This document shows positions 45,901-60,900 of a DNA stretch of 64,000 nucleotides, in pieces. The DNA lies in assembly GCA_964016885.1 (NCBI GenBank), contig OZ024741.1, positions 11,904,001 through 11,968,000 of the forward strand. Reading direction: 5' to 3'. The notes under the pieces are model-generated. The model had not been told where the DNA came from and ran no database searches. It worked only from the letters and a program-made list of their open reading frames with translations. Both the position numbers and the translations under genes were made by a program. Position 1 is the stretch's first letter. Every line of letters begins with the position of its first letter. The DNA is from Eledone cirrhosa (Eukaryota).

Positions 45901-48900
45901 TCATAGACGGTATACAACTGTAGACATAGACAAGTCATAGTCGGTACACAACTGTAGACATAGACTAGTCATAGACGGTATACAACTGTAGACACAGACT
46001 AGTCATACACGGTATACAACTGTAGAGATAGACTAGTCATAGACGGTATACAACTGCAGACACAGACTAGTCATAGACGGTATACAACTGTAGACACAGA
46101 CTAGTCATAAACGGTATACAACTGTTGACATAGACTAGTCGTAAGCGGTATACAACTGTAGACACAGACAAGTCATAGACGGTATACAACTGTAGACACA
46201 GACTAGTCATTGACGGTATACAACTGTAGACATAGACAAGTCATAGATGGTATACAACTGTAGACACAGATAAGGCATAGATGGCATACAACCGTAGATA
46301 CAGACCAGACAAGTCATAGCCGGTATACAAGCGTAGAGACAAAGAAGTCATAGAAGGTATACAACAGTAGACTAGTCATAGACGGCATACAACTGTAGAC
46401 ATAGACAAGTCATAGACGGTATACAATCGTAGATATGACAAGTCATAGACGGTAAACAACTGTAGACATAGACAAGTCTTAGTCGGTATACAGCTGTAAA
46501 CATAGACTAGTCATAGACGGTACACAACTGTAGACACAGACTAGGCATAGCGGTATGCAACTGTAAATATAGACTAGTCATAGACGGTATACAACTGCAG
46601 ACACAGACTAGTCATAGTGGGTATACAACTGTAAACATAGACTAGTCATAGACAGTACACAATTGTAGACATAGACTAGTCATAGTGGGTATACAACTGT
46701 AGACATAGACTAGTCATTGTCGGTATACAACTGTAGACATAGACTAGTCATTGTCGGTATACAACTGTAGACATAGACTAGTCATTGTCGGTATACAACT
46801 GTAGACATATACTAGTCATAGACGGTATACAACTATAGACACAGACTAGCCATAGACGGTATACAACTGTAGACACAGACTAGCCATAGACGGTATACAA
46901 CTGTAGACATAGACTAGTCATAGACGGTATACAACTGTAAACACAGACTAGTCATAGACGGTATACAACTGTAGACACAGACTAGCCATAGACGGTATAC
47001 AACTGTAAACATAGACTAGTCATAGACGGTATACAACTGTAGACACAGACTAGCCATAGACGGTATACAACTGTAGACACAGACTAGTCATAGTCGGTAT
47101 ACAACTGCAGACATAGACTAGTCATAGACGGTATACAACTGTAGACACAGACTAGGCATAGACGGTATACAACTGTAGACACAGACTAGGCATAGACGGT
47201 ATACAACTGTAGACATAGACTAGTCATAGACGGTATATAACCGTTGACACAGACTAGTCATGCACGGTATACAACTGTAGACATAAACTAGTCTTAGACG
47301 GTATACAACTGTAGACATAGACTAGTCATACACGGTATACAACTGTAGACATAGACTAGACATAGACGGTATACAACTGTAGACATAGACTAGTCATACA
47401 CGGTATACAACTGTAGACATAGACTAGTCATACACGGTATACAACTGTAGACATAGACTAGTCATACACGGTATACAACTGTAGACACAGACTAGTAATA
47501 GACGGTATACAACTGTAGACTCAGACTAGGCATAGACGGTATACAACTGTAGACATACACTAGTCATAGTCGGTATACAACTGTAGATATAGACTAGTCA
47601 TAGACGGTATACAACTGTAGATATAGACTAGTCATAGACGGTATACAACTGTAGACATAGACTAGTCATAGACGGTATACAAGTGTAGATACAGACTAGG
47701 CATAGACGGTATACAACTGTAGACATACACTAGTCACAGTCGGTATACAACTGTAGATATAGACTAGTCATAGACGGTATACAACTGTAGATATAGACTA
47801 GTCATAGTCGGTATACAACTGTAGACACAGACTAGTCATAGACGGTATACAACTGTAGACACAGACTAGGCATAGACGGTATACAACTGTAGACATACAC
47901 TAGTCATAGTCGGTATACAACTGTAGACACAGACTAGGCATAGTCGGTATACAACTGTAGATATAGACTAGTCATAGACGGTATACAACTGTAGACAGAG
48001 ACTAGTCATACACGGTACACAAGTGTAGACATAGACTAGTCATAGACGGTATACAATTGTAGACAGAGACTAGTCATACACGGTAGACAACTGTAGACAC
48101 AGACTAGTCATAGACGGTATACAACTCTAGACACAGACTAGTCATACACGGTAGACAACTGTAGAGATAGACTAGTCATAGAGGCTATACAACTGTAGAC
48201 ACAGACTAGGCATAGACGGTATACAACCGTAGACACAGAGAAGTCATAGACGGTATACAACAGTAGACACAGACTAGTCATAGTCGGTATACAACCGTAG
48301 ACACAGACTAGTCATAGACGGTATACAACTGTAGATATAGACAAGTCATAGACGGTATACAATCGTAAATATGACAAGTCATATACGGTATATAACTGTA
48401 GACATAGACAAGTCATAGTGGGTATACAACTGTAGACATAGACTAGTCATAGACGGTATACAACTGTAGCCACAGACTAGTCATACACGGTATAAAACTG
48501 TAGACACAGGCTATGCATAGACGGTATACAACTGTAGACATAGACTAGTCATAGACGGTATACAACTGTAGACATAGACAAGTCATAGACGGTATACAAC
48601 TGTAGATATAGACTAGTCATAGACGGTATACAACTCTAGACGTAGACAAGTCATAGACGGTATACAACTGTAGACATAGACTAGTCATAGACGGTATACA
48701 ACTGTAGACATAGACTAGTCATAGTCGGTATACAACTGTAGACATAGACTAGTGATCGTCGGTATACAACTGTAGATACAACCTAGTCATAGACGGTATA
48801 CAACTGTAGACATAGACTAGTCATAGACGGTATACCACTGTAGACACAGACAAGGCATAGACGGTATAAAGCTGTAGACACAGACTAGTCATAGACGGTA

Positions 48901-51900
48901 TACAACTGTAAACACAGACCAGACAAGTCATAGACGGTATACAACCGTAGACACAGAGAAGTCATAGACGGTATACAACCTTCGACATAGAGTAGTCATA
49001 GTAGGTATACAACCGTAGAACACACTAGTCATAGAGGGTATACAACTGTAGACATAGACAAGTCATAGACGGTGTAGAACTGTAAACATGTCATAGACGC
49101 TTTACAACCGAGATATGACAAGTCATAGACGGTATACAACTGTAGACATAGACAAGTCTTAGACGGTATACAGCTGTAAACATAGACTAGTCATAGACGG
49201 TACACAACTGTAGACATAGACTAGACATAGACGTATGCAACTGAAGACATAGACTAATCATAGACGGTATAAAACTGTAGACACAGACTAGGCATAGCTC
49301 TATGCAACTGTAAACATAGACTAGTCATAGTCAGTATACAACTGTAGACATAGACTAGTCATAGACGGTATACAAATGTAGACACAGACGGGTCATACAC
49401 GGTATACAACTGTAGACATAGACTAGTCATAGACGGTATACAACTGTAGACAAAGACTAGGCATACACGGTATACAACTGTAGACATCGACTGGTCAGTC
49501 AGTATACACATGTAGACATAGACTAGTCATAGACGGTATACAACTGTAGACATAGACTAGTCATACACGGTATACATCTGTAGACACAGACTAGTCCTAG
49601 ATGGTATACAACTGTAGACATAGACTAGTCATAGACGGTATACAACTGTAGACATAGACTAGTCATAGTCGGTATACAACTGTAGACATAGACTAGTCAT
49701 CGTCGGTATACAACTGTAGATACAAACTAGTCATAGACGGTATACAACTGTAGACATAGACTAGTCATAGACGGTATACAACTGTAAATATAGACTAGTC
49801 ATAGACAGTATACAACTGTAGACACAGACTAGTCATACACGGTATACATCTGTAGACACAGACTAGTCATAGACGGTATACAACTGTAGACACAGACTAG
49901 GTATAGACGGTATACAACTGTAGACATGAACTAGTCATAGTCGGTATACAACTGTAGACATAGACAAGTCATAGTCGGTATAAAACTGTAGACATAGACT
50001 AGTCATAGACGGTATACAACTGTAGACATAGAGAAGTCTTAGACGGTATACAGCTGTAAACTAAGACTAGTCATAGACGGTACACAACTATAGACATAGA
50101 CTAGTCATTGACGGTATACAACTGTAGACACAGACTAGTTATAGTCGGTATACAACTGTAGACACAGACAAGTCATAGACGGTATACAACTGTAGACATA
50201 GACTAGTCATAGACGGTATACAACCGTAGACATAGACTAGTCATAGACGGTATGCAACTGTAGACATAGACTAGTCATAGACGGTATACAACTGTAGACA
50301 TAGACAAGTCATAGACGGTATACAACTGTAGACATAGACAAGTCATAGATGGTATACAACTGTAGACATTGACTAGTCATAGACGGTATACAACTGTAGA
50401 CATAGACTAGTCATAGACGGTATACAACTGTAGACATAGACTAGTCATAGACGGTATACAACTGTAGACACAGACTAGTTATAGACGGTATACAACTGTA
50501 GACACAGACTAGTCATATACGGTATACAACTGTAGACATAGACTAGTCATAGACGGTATACAACTGTAGACATATAACTAGTCATAGTCGGTATGCAACT
50601 GTAGACATAGACAAGTCATAGTCGGTATACATCTGTAGACATAGACTAGTCATAGACGGTATACAACTGTAGACATAGACTAGTCATAGTCGGTATACAA
50701 CTGTAGACATAGACAAGTCATAGTCGGTAAACAACTGTAGACATAGACTAGTCATAGACGGTATACAACTGTAGACATAGACTAGTCATAAACGGTATAC
50801 AATTGTAGACATAGACTACTCATAGACGGTATACAACTGTAGACATAGACTAGTCATAGGCGGTATATAACTGTAGACATATACTAGTCATAGACGGTAT
50901 ACAACTGTAGACATAGAATAGTCAGTCAGTATACACATGTAGACATAGACTAATCATAGACGGTATACAACTGTAGACATAGACTAGTCATACACGGTAT
51001 ACAACTGTAGACACAGACTAGTCATACACGGTATACAACTGAAGACACAGACTAGTCATAGACGGTATACAACTGTAGACACAGACGAGTCATAGACGGT
51101 ATACAACTGTAGACTCACACTAGGCAAAGACGGTATACAACTGTAGACATACACTAGTCATAGTCGGTATACAACTGTAGATATAGACTAGTCATAGACG
51201 GTATACAACTGTAGATATAGACTAGTCATAGACGGTATACAACTGGACACACAGACTAGTCATAGACGGTATACAACTGTAGACACAGACTAGGCATAGA
51301 CGGTATACAAATGTAGACATACACTAGTCATAGTCGGTATACAACTGTAGATATAGACTAGTCATAGACGGTATACAACTGTAGATATAGACTAGTCATA
51401 GTCGGTATACAACTGTAGACACAGACTAGGTATAGACGGTATACAACTGTAGACATACACTAGTCATTATCGGTATACAACTGTAGACACAGACTAGGCA
51501 TAGTCGGTATACAACTGTAGATATAGACTAGTCATAGACGGTATACAACTGTAGACAGAGACTAGTCATACACGGTACACAACTGTAGACATAGACTAGT
51601 CATAGACGGTATACAACTGTAGACAGAGACTAGTCATACACGGTAGACAACTGTAGAGATGGACTAGTCATAGACGCTATACAACTGTAGACACAGACTA
51701 GGCATAGACGGTATACAACAGTAGACACAGAGAAGTCATAGACGGTATACAACAGTAGACACAGACTAGTCATAGTCGGTATACAACCGTAGACACAGAC
51801 TAGTCATAGACGGTATACAACTGTAGATATAGAAAAGTCATAGACGGTATACAATCGTAAATATGACAAGTCATATACGGTATATAACTGACGACATAGA

Positions 51901-54900
51901 CAAGTCATAGTGGGTATACAACTGTAGACATAGACTAGTCATAGACGGTATACAACTGTAGACACAGACTAGTCATACACAGTATACAACTGTAGGCATA
52001 GACTAGTCATAGACGGTATACAAATGTAGACACAGACTAGAGATAGACGGTATACAACTGTAGACACAGACTATGCATAGACGGTATACAACTGTAGACA
52101 TAGACTAGTCATAGACGGTATACAAATGTAGACATAGACAAGTCATAGACGGTATACAACTGTAGACATAGACTAGTCATAGACGGTATACAACTCTAGA
52201 CATAGACAAGTCATAGACGGTATACAACTGTAGACATAGACTAGTCATAGACGGTATACAACTGTAGACATAGACTAGTCATAGTCGGTATACAACTGTA
52301 GACATAAACTAGTCATCGTCGGTATACAACTGTAGATACAAACTAGTCATAGACGGTATACAACTGTAGACATAGACTAGTCATAGACGGTATACCACTG
52401 TAGACACAGACAAGGCATAGACGGTATAAAGCTGTAGATACAGACTAGTCATAGACGGCATACAACTGTAGACACAGACCAGACAAGTCATAGACGGTAT
52501 GCAACCGTAAACACAGAGAAGTCATAGACGGTATACAACCGTCGACATAGAGTAGTCATAGTAGGTATACAACCGTAGAACAGACTAGTCATAGAGGGTA
52601 TACAACTGTAGACATAGACAAGTCATAGACGGTATAGAACTGTAAACATGTCATAGACGCTATACAACCGAGATATGACAAGTCATAGACGGTATACAAC
52701 TGTAGACATAGACAAGTCTTAGACGGTATACAGCTGTAAACATAGACTAGTCATAGACGGTACACAACTGTAGACATAGACTAGACATAGACGTATGCAA
52801 CTGAAGACATAGACTAATCATAGACGGTATAAAACTGTAGACACAGACTAGGCATAGCTCTATGCAACTGTAAACATAGACTAGTCATAGTCGGTATACA
52901 ACTGTAGACATAGACTAGTCATAGACGGTATACAAATGTAGACACAGACGGGTCATACACGGTATACAACTGTAGACATAGACTAGTCATAGACGGTATA
53001 CAACTGTAGACAAAGACTAGGCATAGACGGTATACAACTGTAGACATCGACTGGTCAGTCAGTATACACATGTAGACATAGACTAGTCATAGACGGTATA
53101 CAACTGTAGACATAGACTAGTCATACACGGTATACATCTGTAGACACAGACTAGTCCTAGATGGTATACAACTGTAGACATAGACTAGTCATAGACGGTA
53201 TACAACTGTAGACATAGACTAGTCATAGTCGGTATACAACTGTAGACATAGACTAGTCATCGTCGGTATACAACTGTAGATACAAACTAGTCATAGACGG
53301 TATACAACTGTAGACATAGACTAGTCATAGACGGTATACAACTGTAAATATAGACTAGTCATAGACAGTATACAACTGTAGACACAGACTAGTCATACTC
53401 GGTATACATCTGTAGACACAGACTAGTCATAGACGGTATACAACTGTAGACACAGACTAGGTATAGACGGTATACAACTGTAGACATGAACTAGTCATAG
53501 TCGGTATACAACTGTAGACATAGACAAGTCATAGTCGGTATAAAACTGTAGACATAGACTAGTCATAGACGGTATACAACTGTAGACATAGAGAAGTCTT
53601 AGACGGTATACAGCTGTAAACTAAGACTAGTCATAGACGGTACACAACTATAGACATAGACTAGTCATTGACGGTATACAACTGTAGACACAGACTAGTT
53701 ATAGTCGGTATACAACTGTAGACACAGACAAGTCATAGACGGTATACAACTGTAGACATAGACTAGTCATAGACGGTATACAAGCGTAGACATAGACTAG
53801 TCATAGACGGTATGCAACTGTAGACATAGACTAGTCATAGACGGTATACAACTGTAGACATAGACAAGTCATAGACGGTATACAACTGTAGACATAGACA
53901 AGTCATAGATGGTATACAACTGTAGACATTGACTAGTCATAGACGGTATACAACTGTAGACATAGACTAGTCATAGACGGTATACAACTGTAGACATAGA
54001 CTAGTCATAGACGGTATACAACTGTAGACACAGACTAGTTATAGACGGTATACAACTGTAGACACAGACTAGGCATTGACGGTATACAACTGTAAAAATA
54101 GACTAGTGATAGACGGTATACAACTGTAGACACAGACTAGTCATAGACGGTATACAACTGTAAACATAGACTAGTGATAGACGTTATACAACTGTAGACA
54201 CAGACTAGGCATAGACGGTATACAACTGTAAACATAGACTAGTCATAGACGGTATACAACTGTAAACATATACTAGTCATAGACGGTATACAACTGTAGA
54301 CACTGTCTAGGCATATACGGTATACAACTGTAGACACAGACTAGTCATAGACGGTATACAACTGTAAACATATACTAGTCATAGACGGTATACAACTGTA
54401 GACACTGTCTAGGCATATACGGTATACAACTGTAGACACAGACTAGTCATAGACGGTATACAACTGTAGACATAGACTAGTGATAGACGGTATACAACTG
54501 TAGGCACAGACTAGGCATTGACGGTATACAACTGTAAAAATAGACTAGTGATAGACGGTATACAACTGTAGACACAGACTAGTCATAGACGGTATACAAC
54601 TGTAAACATAGACTAGTGATAGACGTTATACAACTGTAGACACAGACTAGGCATAGACGGTATACAACTGTAAACATAGACTAGTGATAGACGGTATACA
54701 ACTGTAGACACAGACTAGTCATAGACGGTATACAACTGTAAACATAGACTAGTGATAGACGGTATACAACTGTAGACACAGACTAGTCATAGTCGTTATA
54801 AAACTGTAGACACAGACTAGTCATAGACGGTATAAAACTGTAAACATAGACTAGTCATAGACTAGTCATAGACGGTATACAACTGTAGACATAGACTAGT

Positions 54901-57900
54901 CATATTCGGTATACAACTGTAGACACAGACTAGTCGTACACGGTATACAATTGTAGACATAGACTTGTCATAGACGGTATACAACCTTAGATATAGACTA
55001 GTCATAGACGGTATACAACTGTAGACATAGACAAGTCATAGTCGGTACACAACTGTAGACATAGACTAGTCATAGACGGTATACAACTGTAGACACAGAC
55101 TAGTCATACACGGTATACAACTGTAGAGATAGACTAGTCATAGACGGTATACAACTGCAGACACAGACTAGTCATAGACGGTATACAACTGTAGACACAG
55201 ACTAGTCATAAACGGTATACAACTGTTGACATAGACTAGTCGTAAGCGGTATACAACTGTAGACACAGACAAGTCATAGACGGTATACAACTGTAGACAC
55301 AGACTAGTCATTGACGGTATACAACTGTAGACATAGACAAGTCATAGATGGTATACAACTGTAGACACAGATAAGGCATAGATGGCATACAACCGTAGAT
55401 ACAGACCAGACAAGTCATAGCCGGTATACAAGCGTAGACACAAAGAAGTCATAGAAGGTATACAACAGTAGACTAGTCATAGACGGCATACAACTGTAGA
55501 CATAGACAAGTCATAGACGGTATACAATCGTAGATATGACAAGTCATAGACGGTAAACAACTGTAGACATAGACAAGTCTTAGTCGGTATACAGCTGTAA
55601 ACATAGACTAGTCATAGACGGTACACAACTGTAGACACAGACTAGGCATAGCGGTATGCAACTGTAAATATAGACTAGTCATAGACGGTATACAACTGCA
55701 GACACAGACTAGTCATAGTGGGTATACAACTGTAAACATAGACTAGTCATAGACAGTACACAATTGTAGACATAGACTAGTCATAGTGGGTATACAACTG
55801 TAGACATAGACTAGTCATTGTCGGTATACAACTGGAGACATAGACTAGTCATTGTCGGTATACAACTGTAGACATAGACTAGTCATTGTCGGTATACAAC
55901 TGTAGACATAGACTAGTCATAGACGGTATACAACTATAGACACAGACTAGCCATAGACGGTATACAACTGTAGACACAGACTAGCCATAGACGGTATACA
56001 ACTGTAGACATAGACTAGTCATAGACGGTATACAACTGTAGACACAGACTAGTCATAGACGGTATACAACTGTAGACACAGACTAGCCATAGACGGTATA
56101 CAACTGTAAACATAGACTAGTCATAGACGGTATACAACTGTAGACACAGACTAGCCATAGACGGTATACAACTGTAGACACAGACTAGTCATAGTCGGTA
56201 TACAACTGCAGACATAGACTAGTCATAGACGGTATACAACTGTAGACACAGACTAGGCATAGACGGTATACAACTGTAGACACAGACTAGGCATAGACGG
56301 TATACAACTGTAGACATAGACTAGTCATAGACGGTATATAACCGTTGACACAGACTAGTCATACACGGTATACAACTGTAGACATAAACTAGTCATAGAC
56401 GGTATACAACTGTAGACATAGACTAGTCATACACCGTATACAACTGTAGACATAGACTAGACATAGACGGTATACAACTGTAGACATAGACTAGTCATAC
56501 ACGGTATACAACTGTAGACATAGACTAGTCATACACGGTATACAACTGTAGACATAGACTAGTCATACACGGTATACAACTGTAGACACAGACTAGTAAT
56601 AGACGGTATACAACTGTAGACTCAGACTAGGCATAGACGGTATACAACTGTAGACATACACTAGTCATAGTCGGTATACAACTGTAGATATAGACTAGTC
56701 ATAGACGGTATACAACTGTAGATATAGACTAGTCATAGACGGTATACAACTGTAGACATAGACTAGTCATAGACGGTATACAAGTGTAGATACAGACTAG
56801 GCATAGACGGTATACAACTGTAGACATACACTAGTCACAGTCGGTATACAACTGTAGATATAGACTAGTCATAGACGGTATACAACTGTAGATATAGACT
56901 AGTCATAGTCGGTATACAACTGTAGACACAGACTAGTCATAGACGGTATACAACTGTAGACACAGACTAGGCATAGACGGTATACAACTGTAGACATACA
57001 CTAGTCATAGTCGGTATACAACTGTAGACACAGACTAGGCATAGTCGGTATACAACTGTAGATATAGACTAGTCATAGACGGTATACAACTGTAGACAGA
57101 GACTAGTCATACACGGTACACAACTGTAGACATAGACTAGTCATAGACGGTATACAATTGTAGACAGAGACTAGTCATACACGGTAGACAACTGTAGACA
57201 CAGACTAGTCATAGACGGTATACAACTGTAGACACAGACTAGTCATACACGGTAGACAACTGTAGAGATAGACTAGTCATAGACGCTATACAACTGTAGA
57301 CACAGACTAGGCATAGACGGTATACAACCGTAGACACTGAGAAGTCATAGACGGTATACAACAGTAGACACAGACTAGTCATAGTCGGTATACAACCGTA
57401 GACACAGACTAGTCATAGACGGTATACAACTGTAGATATAGACAAGTCATAGACGGTATACAATCGTAAATATGACAAGTCATATACGGTATATAACTGT
57501 AGACATAGACAAGTCATAGTGGGTATACAACTGTAGACATAGACTAGTCATAGACGGTATACAACTGTAGACACAGACTAGTCATACACGGTATAAAACT
57601 GTAGACACAGACTATGCATAGACGGTATACAACTGTAGACATAGACTAGTCATAGACGGTATACAACTGTAGACATAGACAAGTCATAGACGGTATACAA
57701 CTGTAGATATAGACTAGTCATAGACGGTATACAACTCTAGACGTAGACAAGTCATAGACGGTATACAACTGTAGACATAGACTAGTCATAGACGGTATAC
57801 AACTGTAGACATAGACTAGTCATAGTCGGTATACAACTGTAGACATAGACTAGTGATCGTCGGTATACAACTGTAGATACAACCTAGTCATAGACGGTAT

Positions 57901-60900
57901 ACAACTGTAGACATAGACTAGTCAGACGGTATACCACTGTAGACACAGACAAGGCATAGACGGTATAAAGCTGTAGACACAGACTAGTCATAGACGGTAT
58001 ACAACTGTAAACACAGACCAGACAAGTCATAGACGGTATACAACCGTAGACACAGAGAAGTCATAGACGGTATACAACCTTCGACATAGAGTAGTCATAG
58101 TAGGTATACAACCGTAGAACACACTAGTCATAGAGGGTATACAACTGTAGACATAGACAAGTCATAGACGGTGTAGAACTGTAAACATGTCATAGACGCT
58201 TTACAACCGAGATATGACAAGTCATAGACGGTATACAGCTGTAGACATAGACAAGTCTTAGACGGTATACAGCTGTAAACATAGACTAGTCATAGACGGT
58301 ACACAACTGTAGACATAGACTAGACATAGACGTATGCAACTGAAGACATAGACTAATCATAGACGGTATAAAACTGTAGACACAGACTAGGCATAGCTCT
58401 ATGCAACTGTAAACATAGACTAGTCATAGTCGGTATACAACTGTAGACATAGACTAGTCATAGACGGTATACAAATGTAGACACAGACGGGTCATACACG
58501 GTATACAACTGTAGACATAGACTAGTCATAGACGGTATACAACTGTAGACAAAGACTAGGCATACACGGTATACAACTGTAGACATCGACTGGTCAGTCA
58601 GTATACACATGTAGACATAGACTAGTCATAGACGGTATACAACTGTAGACATAGACTAGTCATACACGGTATACATCTGTAGACACAGACTAGTCCTAGA
58701 TGGTATACAACTGTAGACATAGACTAGTCATAGACGGTATACAACTGTAGACATAGACTAGTCATAGTCGGTATACAACTGTAGACATAGACTAGTCATC
58801 GTCGGTATACAACTGTAGATACAAACTAGTCATAGACGGTATACAACTGTAGACATAGACTAGTCATAGACGGTATACAACTGTAAATATAGACTAGTCA
58901 TAGACAGTATACAACTGTAGACACAGACTAGTCATACACGGTATACATCTGTAGACACAGACTAGTCATAGACGGTATACAACTGTAGACACAGACTAGG
59001 TATAGACGGTATACAACTGTAGACATGAACTAGTCATAGTCGGTATACAACTGTAGACATAGACAAGTCATAGTCGGTATAAAACTGTAGACATAGACTA
59101 GTCATAGACGGTATACAACTGTAGACATAGAGAAGTCTTAGACGGTATACAGCTGTAAACTAAGACTAGTCATAGACGGTACACAACTATAGACATAGAC
59201 TAGTCATTGACGGTATACAACTGTAGACACAGACTAGTTATAGTCGGTATACAACTGTAGACACAGACAAGTCATAGACGGTATACAACTGTAGACATAG
59301 ACTAGTCATAGACGGTATACAACCGTAGACATAGACTAGTCATAGACGGTATGCAACTGTAGACATAGACTAGTCATAGACGGTATACAACTGTAGACAT
59401 AGACAAGTCATAGACGGTATACAACTGTAGACATAGACAAGTCATAGATGGTATACAACTGTAGACATTGACTAGTCATAGACGGTATACAACTGTAGAC
59501 ATAGACTAGTCATAGACGGTATACAACTGTAGACATAGACTAGTCATAGACGGTATACAACTGTAGACACAGACTAGTTATAGACGGTATACAACTGTAG
59601 ACACAGACTAGTCATATACGGTATACAACTGTAGACATAGACTAGTCATAGACGGTATACAACTGTAGACATATAACTAGTCATAGTCGGTATGCAACTG
59701 TAGACATAGACAAGTCATAGTCGGTATACATCTGTAGACATAGACTAGTCATAGACGGTATACAACTGTAGACATAGACTAGTCATAGTCGGTATACAAC
59801 TGTAGACATAGACAAGTCATAGTCGGTAAACAACTGTAGACATAGACTAGTCATAGACGGTATACAACTGTAGACATAGACTAGTCATAAACGGTATACA
59901 ATTGTAGACATAGACTAGTCATAGACGGTATACAACTGTAGACATAGACTAGTCATAGGCGGTATACAACTGTAGACATATACTAGTCATAGACGGTATA
60001 CAACTGTAGACATAGACTAGTCAGTCAGTATACACATGTAGACATAGACTAATCATAGACGGTATACAACTGTAGACATAGACTAGTCATACACGGTATA
60101 CAACTGTAGACACAGACTAGTCATACACGGTATACAACTGAAGACACAGACTAGTCATAGACGGTATACAACTGTAGACACAGACGAGTCATAGACGGTA
60201 TACAACTGTAGACACACACTAGGCATAGACGGTATTCAACTGTAGACATACACTAGTCATAGTCGGTATACAACTGTAGATATAGACTAGTCATAGACGG
60301 TATACAACTGTAGATATAGACTAGTCATAGACGGTATACAACTGGACACACAGACTAGTCATAGACGGTATACAACTGTAGACACAGACTAGGCATAGAC
60401 GGTATACAAATGTAGACATACACTAGTCATAGTCGGTATACAACTGTAGATATAGACTAGTCATAGACGGTATACAACTGTAGATATAGACTAGTCATAT
60501 TCGGTATACAACTGTAGACACAGACTAGGTATAGACGGTATACAACTGTAGACATACACTAGTCATTATCGGTATACAACTGTAGACACAGACTAGGCAT
60601 AGTCGGTATACAACTGTAGATATAGACTAGTCATAGACGGTATACAACTGTAGACAGAGACTAGTTATACACGGTACACAACTGTAGACATAGACTAGTC
60701 ATAGACGGTATACAACTGTAGACAGAGACTAGTCATACACGGTAGACAACTGTAGAGATGGACTAGTCATAGACGCTATACAACTGTAGACACAGACTAG
60801 GCATAGACGGTATACAACCGTAGACACAGAGAAGTCATAGACGGTATACAACAGTAGACACAGACTAGTCATAGTCGGTATACAACCGTAGACACAGACT

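Noticed and set aside
48900-49520. Possible foreign insertion or transposon footprint in the most diverged stretch
   Set aside because: Every segment still aligns to the 34-mer with small indels. There is no non-satellite sequence, terminal repeat or target-site duplication.
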